Origin: Nemertoderma westbladi
Taxonomy: Eukaryota > Animalia > Xenacoelomorpha
NCBI GenBank assembly: GCA_032718475.1
Contig: JAUCBJ010004989.1
Location: forward strand, 1-40,752
Length of the DNA: 40,752 nt
Reading direction: 5' to 3'
The notes under the pieces were generated by a model, which did not search any database, had not been told where the DNA came from, and saw nothing but the letters and a program-made list of their open reading frames with translations. This document shows positions 24,137-36,512 of this stretch, piece by piece. Every line of letters starts with the position of its first letter. The stretch's first letter is position 1. Both the position numbers and the translations under genes were made by a program.

Positions 24137-24741
24137 TGTAAGCGGATTCAATTCCCTGCACTACCCAGCGGTAAATGGGCGAAGTGGCTTTTTACCAATT
24201 ATAGTTGGGAAGGTGACATTACTAATATAATGTCACCTAATAACCAACTCAGGCAACACTGCCAGCCATGTATAGAGTTGAGAGGCCATAAGCCATCTCA
24301 GGGGATAAAGGGGCTAGCAATTGGGGACAGTGGCAACAGGGAGTGGCGAGATGGAGATTAATTAGGTTAGCCAATGAAGGGAGGGGAAAACAGGTGATTG
24401 GAACGCATCCATTGGCCAGGCTGCTTAGAACAGTAGGAGTAACCAATATGTGTCGGTAATATAACCGTTGTACTTATTGATTCTGATTCAGTTGGTATCT
24501 GTAGAGTTGTGACTTGTGAGACTGAAACGGTTTTTAACCGTCGTCACTACCATGCTATCATATTCTGATTGTGCTATTATTGCGATCTGACATTATTAAT
24601 ACCATACACTAAAACTCAGTTATTCCAATGCCTTGACATTCAGATTACAGCCTTTCAGCAGTTTACGAACGCGGCGACGCATATAGCCCAAACACACACC
24701 AGTCGGGGTTCAAACTGCCAACTCAATTGGATCCCGTCACA
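24137..24741 (+). repeat. BEL 5' LTR (605 bp)
   Basis: TGTAAGCGGATTC...CCCGTCACA. Confidence 0.95.
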
Positions 24742-27700
24742 GTTAAAAACCGAAAGTCAACATCCACTCAAAGGAAATAAACTGTGAAGAGACCACGCCA
24801 ACGATGAGCCATCAAGAGACGCCCCAAGGTCCAGAGGGAGAAACGAGCCCGTCGCGAACCCCGAGCGAAAGAGATCAGATAATTCGGGAAGCAGCGACGA
24901 GGCGGTACCAGCGTCGTTGAGGAGGAGAGCGGTCGAGTACGAGGAGGAGAGGGGAGCGAGTCGATGTGAGATCACAGCGGCGAACGAGGTACCAAAGTCG
25001 CCGGCCAACCTAGTGGCTGAGGGCGGCGAATGGCCCACCGGAGCGGCAATGGTGGGGCCGATGGTACGGCACCGGACGAGGAGGGAAGGTCAAGTCCAGG
25101 AGGAAGACGTTGGGACGAACGATCGCCTGCGACGAGGGTACAATGCCACCAGGAAGTTGTTAAAGGGATGAAAGGTAGACCAGCCCAAGTTGTACTGGAG
25201 GCTAGGTGAGTGCAACAAACATTTTCGCTACCTAGTCCAATTTGGGCAGGGGGAACTGGCAAGTGAAAGGGCGAGGGGGGTCGCCACAGAACTGTTTCGC
25301 ATTGTGGAGATCCGAGGTGGTGGCGGCTAGTGTAGTGTACGTAGGGTGCCCTATCTAGTAGATGTGAGGGGGATTGAGTTAGTGGGATGGGCGGATCCGA
25401 TCCGCATGACGCCGAACCTGAGGTTAACCCCGAAGATTTGATGTTGTCGGTTAGTAGGAATGCTAGTAAGCATGGGAAAATCAGTAGAAAGAACAGGCAA
25501 CGGGAGTCCGTCGCAACCGAAAAGTCCGCTACATCCTTCGTGAAAGCAAGAAGGGTGTTAGAGATAGATCTGGCGTGTCAGCTAGACATAGTCGCGCTAG
25601 ACCAAAAAGAACTTAGAGAGACAGCTGGATGAGGGGACTGTGTTGCTAGAAAGGGAACGGGAACTAGCGAGAGAGTGTAGAGAGGGCCGAGAGGGTGGCG
25701 AGAAACTATAGAGAGGGTGAGGAGAGGGAAATGAGTGAGCGTAAAGAGCGGGAGGAGAGACAGGCGAACGAGCGCAACAAGTGAGAGGCAAGAGAGGCAA
25801 ATGAACGCAAAGAGCGAGAGGCAAGGAAAGCTGAGAGGATTGCGAGGGAGGCAGAATTCGCCGATCAGAGTATTAGAGAGGATAGAGAGAGAGAGGGCGG
25901 GCAAACGTATGAGGGATGATATGCATACCGGTTGAGGGGGTTAATGCAGTATCAGGCGAAGCAGAAACGCCGATTAGAACTGGCAAAAATGGGTTTATCA
26001 GAGAGCGAGGCTGGTTCGGGAAGTATTTATGAGGAACCAGGGGTGATGGAAACCTTTGTTAATACCCCACTTATAGGTACCGGATATCAGACCCAGAACT
26101 GGTGTGACCAGATGGACGGGTGGGTAACAACAATACGTTCAATGAGAACGTTAATATTAATAGTACCGAACCGTAGTAGATAACCCTAATACTAATGAAA
26201 CATTTCTTGCAGGAAATAATATTTTGATCAATAATAATACAGATATTGGTGCGCCAGATAATCAAAATAATTTAAATAATAATCCGGGTACACTAAATAA
26301 TAATATTGTAAATAATCCTGGTGAAATTAATCAAAATAATGTAAGTAATAATATAACAAAACAACAGGGTGAGGCTAGTGGCGGTATAATTAATACAAAC
26401 GTTGGGGAAGCAGGTAATTCGCCTAGCGGGGGCTTACAAGGCCACACGGTTGCGCAGGGAGGAATGTGGGCGAATGAACACCGGGAGAACAGAAGTAGCG
26501 TGTCAACTGGAGAGGAACACGGGCATGGAGGCGAAGTGAGGAGTGACGGGTGGGGGGGGGGGGCTATGGGCACCCAACCACAACCAATTAATGACGAGAG
26601 GGGGGGGGGGGCAGAAAACGCTGCACAGATGTCGACAGGAAATGCGTGCGGTGATTCAAGTGAACCGGGGCTCCCGACGATGGAGGAAAGGGGGGGGGAG
26701 CAGTAGAAGCCCCACGAGCGTCGGCAGATAATCCGCGTGGTGAGTTAAGTGAACCGTGGCACCCGACAACGGAGGATAATAGGAGGGCAACGAATATCCA
26801 CGAGGCCATACAACCAGGCAGAGGGAGGGATGTTGGTGCCGTAAGCGGCCAAAGGAGAAAACATCGAGCCCACTCGGAAGACAGAAGGAGGACAGTAGAG
26901 TTCATCCAGGAGGTTGATACGAGACCTCCTGGATGAACTCTTAATGCTGAAACCAGAAGCAGTGAGGAGGAACGAGGAAGCATTGCTACGGGCAACCAGA
27001 GACGTCGAGAGGTGATGGACAGTGAACCGTCGATAGTCGAACTAGAGAGAGAGAGCCGGTGGGGTCGTAGTTTGGGAGATTGCCATCGCCCCGGAGAAAC
27101 ACAACCTGGCGAAATATACCACACACCGGGAGAGGGGTACAGAGTGTACCGATACGAGGAGGTAAATGGAGGAAGGGATCGGAGGGAAACTTCCCGTCGG
27201 AGTGTAGCTGCCGATCGAGGATATGGTAGTCGCGGGGAGGAGTTCTCGGAATATTTGAGAAGATTAAACTTCAATCCGGAGGGACACAGGCAGACTGCAG
27301 GACATACGTAGGTCTTACTGCACATACTATAGGCTATGCTGGGAGAGATAGTGTAGGCAATAGGGTAACGCAAATGCCGGGATTGGATGCGGAGGTCGCA
27401 GCTTACATACCGGTGAGTAGGCAAGAACCTGCTAGGCCTATACTGGTACCTGCACACCAGTATGACTATAATATGGAGGGATACAATACATACCCAGGGG
27501 AGGGGGGGTATTGCAGATAGGTGTATGGGCCCCAATATAATGACATCTACCCCAGTACCAAACATAACATTGGTGGGGGGGGGGGACAGGGTGACATTCC
27601 CCCATTACTGTATCCGCAATACACACAACCAAAGGCAAAAACCCGGAACCCCTCAGATACAAATAAATCGTGTGACACAGAGATATGGAAGGGACCGCAC

Positions 27701-27849
27701 TGCTACCCCAGATGATATATCCCACTCAGGGAAAGTCGACGAACCTGAGAGGCGAAGCACAACCAATATTGAAGGAGCCTGCATCCCTACCGTCGAACGC
27801 ACTGGAAGTTCAAGCGATGGGAATGGCAACACTCATCGACGCGCTGAAA

Positions 27850-30586
27850 ACTAGAATTGAGCTGCCACCCGCTGCCTCCCACTTTCAAGTTTGATGGTAG
27901 CAAGCCGGAAGAATATCTACAGTTCCGGAGGATGTACAGCAAAAAAATCTCACGCAGGCAGAGTGCCTTAAATACCTACAAGTCTATACAGGGGGGCCAG
28001 CTTACGACATCGTGAAGCAATACCAATGTATTGAAGGAGGATTCACGACCGCATGGAGAGCCCTGGACAGGGAATTTGGCCATCCTGCGAAGATTATCCA
28101 ACAAACCTTAAGGTGAATAACATCAGGCGGACTCGCAGATAACCCCGTTAGCATCAAGACTTTTGCTAACAAAGTAGAGAAAGCGCTAATAGTGTTAAAG
28201 ACTCTAGATACACCTTACGAACTCAATGCATCGAACAATATCACCACAATAGCTCAGGCACTACCGAGTTGGCTAAGAAACAAATGGAGAAAGATCGCTT
28301 TCTCCACTCGAGAAAAGAAAGGTGCGGAGCCAGGGTTGGAGGAGATGTTGAACTTCCTTAACTATGAGGCGGAGTTAATAACGGATCCAGTTTATAGTGA
28401 GGAAAGTCTTGGTAAGGTACCAAAAGCGGAATACAACTGACATAAACCGGAACATAGTCCGGCGGGTGCATTTCCGAAATTGAGGCAGTCGCTACCGTAT
28501 GCGGCCATACAGGGGACTACAAGTCCACAGAGCCCTGGGAATAGAGCCACATCGTGGCAGGGACAGAGACAAAATAACAACAGTAGTAGGTATAAACCCA
28601 ATACCCCCAGTAGGCCGAGTCCAAGCAACCAAAACACCAAACCACTAGATATGAATCTAAGCACAATACATGAAGCGCTATATAAGGAATGCTACAATCC
28701 CAAATACAAATGTCAATTGCATAGAGATGGGACCCATAAGACCATAGACTGTAAGCATTGGCAGGTGTTACTTAAACAAGATCAGATAGCCTACACTGGA
28801 AAGAATGGACTATGTCACTGATGCGTGGTAGGAGGGCACAGAAAGGATGAATGTCAAGAACCACCAATCAAGTATGCCGAGACTGATAGAACTGGAGGCC
28901 AGACAATGGCGACGAGCACCATGGGAGCAAGAAGGAAGAGAACAGTACTACTTGGAGTAGTACTGGTGAGGATAATAGGAGAGAACAGGCTATTGGTCAT
29001 GACACTAATGTTGGTCGATAGTGGAGCAGCGTTCACGCTAATGGAGAGTTGGGTGGCTGAGAAGATAGGAATACAAACCAGGCCAAGTAAAATGGCGGTG
29101 ACTACAATCTCAAGTAAAAACGAGGTCATGAAGATGAGGATGGGACGGTGTGGAATCGAAGCGATAACACCAGTGTGCGACTATGGGGCTACGATCGAAC
29201 CCATAAAAATAATAGAGTCGATCTAACATCAATGCCAGGCGACCTACAAAGATCAAGATCGAGCAATACCAGTACCTGGACGACATCGACTTCTCCGTAC
29301 GGTACCCTAACTAGATGTCCCGAAAGTGTCTCTCATAGTCGGCATGGATTGTCCAACAGCCCACGAGAGGCTGCAAACCATTTTCGGCGATGACAGAGAG
29401 CGAGACCCGATGGCCATTCTCACGCCATTCGGGTGGACGCTCACTGGCCCAATGAGACGAGGACCCGTTTGCGTATCCGAAACATCTGGATGCATGCTGT
29501 CCGGTACCGTTGAGGACATAGAGCAGAAGCCAAAGACGGGCGATGGGGAGGTCCCATATGGGAAGCGGCCCGAGCGGAAGTTAAAGACGGGTGATGGGGG
29601 TCCCATATGAGAAGCAGCTCGGGGAGGGATACCAGGAGATGGGGGCGGGTATGGATCTGGAACCACGCATGGTGGAAAGGGTGGAGGATGAGTCCAGAGA
29701 AATACCGCCGATAGAGGAGTCAGGAGGAGGAGCAACAGCAAGAGAGTGGGCAGAGGAGAATGGGTTCAATGCACAGGACCTAGAGGCCATGGGATGGAAC
29801 ACAAACGTTCCTGGCGAGTATCTGTATGAGGATGGAGAAGAGTGGGTGGCGAGATGTCCAGAGAGATGCTGGAAGAGACCCGTCCAATTAAGAAGCATAC
29901 CGATACCGAGGAGGTCGAATAAGGAGACAAGGTGGAAAGGGAGAGGATGTAAGGGAGAGGAGTCGAGGATAAAGGATGATGAGAATGGGAAAGTTAGAGT
30001 GGATGTGTTGAATGCGGGGCTGGCAGAGTGCGAAGGGGCATTAAATGGTAAGCCATTATGCATACCGAAGGATGACCAAGGGTCATCGGGGGCTTTAACG
30101 CCAGCGCACATATTGAGAGGGTGGCCAGCAGAGGTGGAATGTACCAGTGGTGATGAGATGAAGGGTGGCATTCTACCGCCAAGTGACAATAAAATGAAGG
30201 GTGGCATCCTGCCACCAAAAGACGACGACGAATTCTATGAGACAGAGGGAAGGTCAGACCTGAGACAGAAGAAGAAGGGGGGGCAGTGAGGGGCCATATG
30301 GACAGATGTGATGTCAGAGGGCCAGATGTGGGTAGCATTCCACTACAAAAGGAGGAATTTAATGAAGAAATAGCCAATCTCCAGGATGAAGATTTCTATG
30401 ACAGCAGGGGGCATTCTACTACTGGAGTGTTACCCCGGCGAAGACGGAAGAATTAGATCCGTGGAAGTGAGGATCGGAGGGAAGATAGGGGCCAAAGATA
30501 GGAAGACCTACAGGAGGGCGGTAGGGAAGTGTTGCCTATTGAGGGGTCGCCCTAAGTTAGTTGAGTCGTCCAATATATTGGACTGA
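27850..30586 (+). pseudogene. BEL gag/protease plus Pol remnants
   Basis: Gag FDGSKPEEYLQFRR and LPSWLRNKWRK; knuckles CQLH..H..C and LCH*C..GH..C; protease LVDSGA; AILTPFGWTLTGP; integrase tail LAECEGALNGKPL..LTPAHILRG and YPGEDGRIRSVEVR..YRRAVGKCCLL; many stops and frameshifts. Confidence 0.85.
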
Positions 30587-30697
30587 GGGGGTGGGAATGA
30601 GGGCGAGATGCCCTTCCCACACACTAAACAAAAAAAATAAATAATAATAAAATAAAAAGTAGTAAAATACTAGTACCAAGGTACACTTTAGGTAGAC

Positions 30698-30972
30698 ATT
30701 ATGTACGTCTGATGGGTACGGACGTACCAACGTACATAATATTTAGGTGTAGATAGTTACAATTACGTACATCGGATGGGTACAAGTGTACCCACGTACC
30801 TAATTTACATACGCACCACTAGTACTATTGTGGGCACCAAGGGCGCCACTTGAGGAGTTGAGGGGGGGTATGTACGCATACCGTAGTAGAAGGGTACACA
30901 GTACCATAGTGAGGATTAGGAGGGGTATACATTGCGTACGTCTGATGGGCACAATGTGCCAATGTACGTAAT
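30698..30972 (+). other. Three copies of a bulged stem-loop (candidate cis-acting RNA element)
   Basis: Copies at 30698-30740, 30761-30805 and 30931-30972 share lower stem / C(T/G)GAT bulge / upper stem, with compensatory changes. Confidence 0.6.
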
Positions 30973-31490
30973 AAATACCAGCACAAGCCGGGTCAATGGG
31001 ACCAATAACACAGGTAATACGTACTATTGTGGGCATTGAGGGCGCCACGTGAGAAGTCGAGGGGGGTATGTAGGCGTAGTAGAATAGACTGTGTAGGCCG
31101 CACAAACTAGACTACTGTAGCGCATAGCCCGTGGTGCAGAGTTAGAGCATTGCTACAGAGCCAGAAAGTTGTCTGGTAGGAAGCTAGTACAAGAGTAAGA
31201 AAATTGTAGCTAGTCTTCTCTGTAGACAAGTAGTGATGAATTACCTACGTAGTAATTAAGTAGCAGATAGAAGTAATAGCACGCTAGTTGAGGTTGGGTA
31301 GTGAACACAGCAATGAAAAATCAGGGGTAAATTGGCACATAAAGGGGAATATTCGTATGAAACATTGAGAGAACGCAGATAGGAGGTAGGCCATCACTGA
31401 TTTAAACTAATTAAGACCATACTTAGTTATCTCTTGCCCTACTGAGCCTTTCTAAGGCACCACCAGTCTGGTGAGAGAGGAGAATCGTGA

Positions 31491-32100
31491 TGGTGGAGAA
31501 ACTATAGAAGGAGTTTGTCGTGTTCCGTGGAGAGGGGCGGATATATGGTCCTGGATGACGTGGGGACAGTAGAGGATGACGGTGGGACAAGAAAGGGGTC
31601 ACGAGGGTCGAGTAGAACTATATTGCTGCATTTAGTGGCGCTGAATGGAGATATTTTTCTGTTTGACCTTGCGACCTATGGTAAGAAGACCGGGCCAAAG
31701 TTGAACTGCCTACCAGATGCGATGCAGAAGCTAGTAAGGTGAAAGACTACGATCGAGATTGGATCGGCGATACGCGAACGATGCGGAGAGGATTATTGGA
31801 CCGGGCACCCCGAATCTTCTGGACATGCAGGTAGTCTACATGGCTATGACGAAACCGGATGGATTACGATTGGTGGATAACACGGGACAATAGGGAGCCG
31901 TGGCGATGGGTCAGTTGATGGGACTCATGTGCCACAAGCCGTTGGAGTGGAACAAGTTCCGAGAGGAATATGGTGCGGGACTTGCGAATTCACTCAAGTG
32001 GGGGGGGGGGGGGGGGGGGCGAGACGGGGAGAGACGAGTTATATCGCTTCCGAAAGGGGGCGATAGACATTGTTAACGAATATCTAATATATGTACCATA
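31491..32100 (+). pseudogene. Degenerate DEDDy (WRN/EXD-like) 3'-5' exonuclease-like ORF inside the BEL element
   Basis: YMVLDDVG, LLHLVALNGDIFLFDL, LPDAMQKLV, IGSAI-ND (+1 shift), LLDMQVVY; in-frame stops. Recognised by eye only. Confidence 0.5.
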
Positions 32101-32611
32101 GTCAGCAACCTTTTTCCAATTAGCTACTGGGACTGGGGACTAATTGATTAGAACATGAGGACGAGACATTAGACGGATCCCATTTCTCGAGTGCGGCCAC
32201 ACTAATGAGAATGTGGGAGCCCGACAGGAGCGTATGGGGAGTGAGAGCAAAAAGGATTGATCGTTGGGGAAGTAAAAGGGTGCGAGATTCAAGCGTGGAG
32301 AGCGAGCATGGAGGGGGATGAATCCTAAGGGACTAGTGAGAGAGGAAGGGACAACAAAGTTCGAGAGATAAAATTGTGTAAGGAGTGAGGGTGATCGTCT
32401 AAAACAGAGACGGCAGATGCCTTGGTACAACTTAGCTCGCAGATGTACCAAGGATGGGTAGTGAAAACAGACCCAGCAGCCCAGGGGGGCCTGCCTGGAA
32501 AGCTGACCCCAAGATGCAAGAAGAAAATTCCACCCCACATCCAATACTAGATTGGATTCCAGTGGAATTGAAGCGACTTAAGGTTGATCGGGAAGATAGC
32601 ATGGGGGGGAG

Positions 32612-33227
32612 TGTAAGTGGATTCAATTCCCTGCACTACCCGGCGGAAAATGGGCAAAGTGGCTTTTTACCAATTATAGTTGGAAAGGTGACATTACTAA
32701 TATAATGTCACCTAATAACCAACTCAGGCAACACTGCCAGCCATGTATAGAGTTGAGAGGCCATAAACCATGTCAGGGGACAAAGGGGCTATCAATTGGG
32801 GACAGTGGCAACAGGGAGTGGCAAGATGAAGATTAATTAGGTTAGCCAATGAAGGCAAGGGAAAACAGGTGAAGACGGCATCCATTGGCCAGGCTGCTTA
32901 GAACAGTAGGAGTAACCAATATGTGTCGGTAATATAACAGTATAACCATTGTACTTATTGATTCTGATTCAATTGGTATCTGTAGAGTTGTGAGACTGGA
33001 ACGGTTTTTAACTGTCGTCACTACCGTGCTATTATATTCTGATTGTGCTATTATTGCGATCTGACATTATGAATATCATACTGTACACTAAAACTCAGTT
33101 ATTCCAATGGCCTTCGGCCTTGACATTCAGATTACAGCCTTTCAGCAGCTTACGGAAGCGGCAACGCGTATAGCCCAACACACACCAGTCGGGGTTCAAA
33201 CTGCCAACTCAATTGGATCCCGTCACA
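32612..33227 (+). repeat. BEL 3' LTR (616 bp)
   Basis: Matches 24137-24741 with scattered substitutions and small indels. Confidence 0.95.
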
Positions 33228-33800
33228 TCTAGGGTAGCGCAATCCTTAATTTTTCAGTAACTGCCAAGGTGTTTTCATTCTTTTCTAAATCCAGAATCCA
33301 TAACTCAGTAACTGACCTTCTGTCTGACTGTCGTGACTGTAGACTAAATGGCTAAATGTAATAGGCCTACAGTTGTAGCCTAATGTAATAAGTCTGTACT
33401 GGTACTGCTGTAACCTGCGACCTTTAAGTCACTGCTGGCAGTGGCAGGTATAGGCTTACTGACCGTTGACCGTAGGGTAGCGGGTAGGCTGGTGGGTAGG
33501 CATACTACAGTATTGCAGTACTGTTAGGTACATGGCCTACGTCGGTATGTCCTGCTCCTGATGTCGGAATTCAGGAATTGGAATTGTTTAATTGACATTA
33601 AATATAAAGAATAAAATAGAGCTAACCGGTACGGGTGTTTGAAAAAGGTGGAATGGACACAGAAAACATGGACAATGGATAGACCAATCACGGGCGATTT
33701 GCGTCACACAGCATGTCCACCTTTTTCAGCTTTGTTGTCAACCTTTTTCAAATTTGAATAAGGTGGACTGGGTTGAGAAAGAACAGGCAATGAATTGACC

Positions 33801-36512
33801 GGTAATGGTGAAAAATATCGAGACTTGAAAAATATCGAGAGTAAAAATAACGAGAGTAAAAATATCGAGAGTAAAAATAACGAGTGTTGAAAATTAACGT
33901 GATTAAAAAATATCGAGAGTAAAAATAACACGAGAATAAATATCGATCGACAATATCGAAAATAACGAGTGTTGAACAATATCGAGTGTTGAAAAATATC
34001 GAGAGTAAAAATCTCGAGTGTTGAAAAATATCGAGAATAAAAATCTCGAGTGTTGAAAAATATCGAGAGTAAAAATATCGAGTGTTGAAAAATATCGAGA
34101 GTAAAAATATCGAGTGTTGAAAAATATCGAGAGTAGAAATATCGAGTGTTGAAAAATATCGAGTGTTGAAAAATATCGAGTGTTGAAAAATATCGAGAGT
34201 AAAAATATCGAGAGTAAAAATATCGAGTGTTGAAAAACATCGAGTGTGGAAAATATCGAGTGTTGAAAAATATCGAGAGAAAAATATCGAGAGTAAAAAT
34301 ATCGAGTGTTGAAAAATATCGAGAGTAAAAATATCGAGAGTAAAAATATCGAGTGTTGAAAAATATCGAGTGTTGAAAAATATCGAGTGTTGAAAAATAT
34401 CGAGTGTTGAAAAATATCGAGTGTTGAAAAACATCGAGTGTTGCAAAATATCGAGTGTTGAAAAATATCGAGTGTTGAAAAATATCGAGAATAAAAATAT
34501 CGAGAGTAAAAATATCGAGTGTTGAAAAATATCAAGTGTTGAAAAACATCGACTGTTGAAAAATATCGAGTGTTGAAAAATATCGAGTGTTGAAAAATAT
34601 CGAGTGTTGAAAAATATCGAGTGTTGAAAAACATCGAGTGTTGCAAAATATCGAGTGTTGAAAAATATCGAGTGTTGAAAAATATCGAGAGTAAAAAAAA
34701 TATTGCATTTTACTTGAGCATTTTATTTAGAATTATGGAACAATATTGCAGTGCATGGGTTACAACGGTTATATTGAAAAATATCGAGACATGAAAAATA
34801 TCGGGAGTAAAAATAACGCGAGTAAAAACATCGAGTGTTGAAAAATAACGATAATATCGAGAGTTCAAAAAATATCGAGAGTAAAAATATCGAGGGTAAA
34901 AATATCGAGGGTAAAAATATCGAGAGTAAAAATACCGAGAGTAAAAATATCGAGAGTAAAAATATCGTGTGTTGAAAAATATCGAGAGTAAAAATATCGA
35001 GTGTTGAAAAATATCGAGAGTAAAAATATCGAGTGTTGAAAAATATCGAGAGTAAAAATATCGAGTGATGAAAAATATCGAGAGTAAAAATATCGAGTGT
35101 TGAAAAATATCGAGAGTAAAAATATCGAGTGTTGAAAAATATCGAGTGTTGAAAAATATCGAGAGTAAAAATATCGAGTGTTGAAAAATATCGAGAGTAA
35201 AAATATCGATAGTAACAATTTTTTTAAATAAAGGTTGTATGATAATTTTTTTTACTAAAAATGTTCTAGAACAACAATATTTATCAACATTTGGTAGCTT
35301 ATACGTGTTCTAATATAATATTTAACAATATTTATAATATTTATCAAAATTTATAGCTAGCACTTCTTTTATAATATTTATTAAAAAAAATAGCAAAAAC
35401 TAGCTAGTACAGTATAATAAATCGGGTAAATGGGTACCCAAGGTGTATTACATAATGCCATTCACTTGCACTTGCACTGTTGTAACCCATGCACTGCAAT
35501 ATTGTTCCCTAATTCTAAATAAAATGCTCAAGCAAAATGCAATATTTTTACTCTCGATATTTTTCAACACTCGATATTTTTCAACACTCGATATTTTTCA
35601 ACACTCGATATTTTTACTCTCGATATTTTTCAACACTCGATATTTTCAACACTCGTTATTTTTACTCTCGATATTTTTCAACACTCGATATTTTTACTCT
35701 CGATATTTTTACTCTCGTTATTTTTACTCTCGATATTTTTCAAGTCTCGATATTTTTCACCATTACCGTTACAACAGTGCAAGTGAATGGCATTATGTAA
35801 TACACCTTGGGAACCATTTACCAGATTTATTATACTAGCTAGTTTTTGCTATTTTTTTAATAAATATTATAAAAGAAGTGCTAGCTATAAATTTTGATAA
35901 ATATTGTTAAATATTATATCAGAACACGTACTGTATACGCTACCAAATGTTGATAAATATTGTTGTACTAGAACATTTTTAGTAGAAAAATTATCATACA
36001 ACCCTTATTTAAAAAAATTGTTACTATCGATATTTTTACTCTCGATATTTTTCAACATTCTATATTTTTCAACACTCGATATTTTTCAACACTCGATATT
36101 TTTCAACACTCGATATTTTTACTGTCGATATTTTTCAACACTCGATATTTTTCAACACTCGATATTTTTCAACACTCGATATTTTTACTCTCGATATTTT
36201 TCAACACTCGATATTTTTACTCTCGATATTTTTCAACACTCGATATTTTTACTCTCGATATTTTTCAACACTCGATATTTTTACTCTCGATATTTTTCAA
36301 CACTCGATATTTTTACTCTCGATATTTTTAAACACTCCTCGATATTTTTCAACACTCGATATTTTTACTCTCGATATTTTTACCCTCGATATTTTTACTC
36401 TCGATATTTTTTGAACTCTCGATATTATCGTTATTTTTCAACACTCGATGTTTTTACTCGCGTTATTTTTACTCTCGATATTTTTCATGTCTCGATATTT
36501 TTCAATATAACC
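33801..36512. mobile_element. Foldback element with 16-17-bp arrays, Merlin-like (outer copy)
   Basis: GG...CC termini; 8-bp TSD AATTGACC at 33793-33800 and 36513-36520; AAAAATATCGAG(AGT/TGTTG) arrays inverted between arms. Confidence 0.85.
34767..35767. mobile_element. Second copy of the same foldback family, inverted and nested in the first
   Basis: Ends GGTTATATTG and CACCATTACC; 8-bp TSD GTTACAAC at 34759-34766 and 35768-35775. Confidence 0.88.

Larger units (their letters stand above)
24137..33227 (+). mobile_element. BEL/Pao LTR retrotransposon, non-autonomous (RT, RNase H and integrase core missing)
   Basis: TG...CA LTRs; TSD TCTAG at 24132-24136 and 33228-33232; PPT GGGGGGGAG at 32603-32611; BEL-type gag, protease and integrase-tail motifs. 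Confidence 0.93.

Noticed and set aside
26588-27565. 325-aa minus-strand ORF in the BEL element
   Set aside because: Antisense to a purine-rich degenerate gag region; low complexity and no recognisable domain.
30703-30735. Hammerhead ribozyme suggested by CTGATG next to a hairpin
   Set aside because: The core is CTGATGG rather than CTGANGA, and there is no GAAA or third stem.
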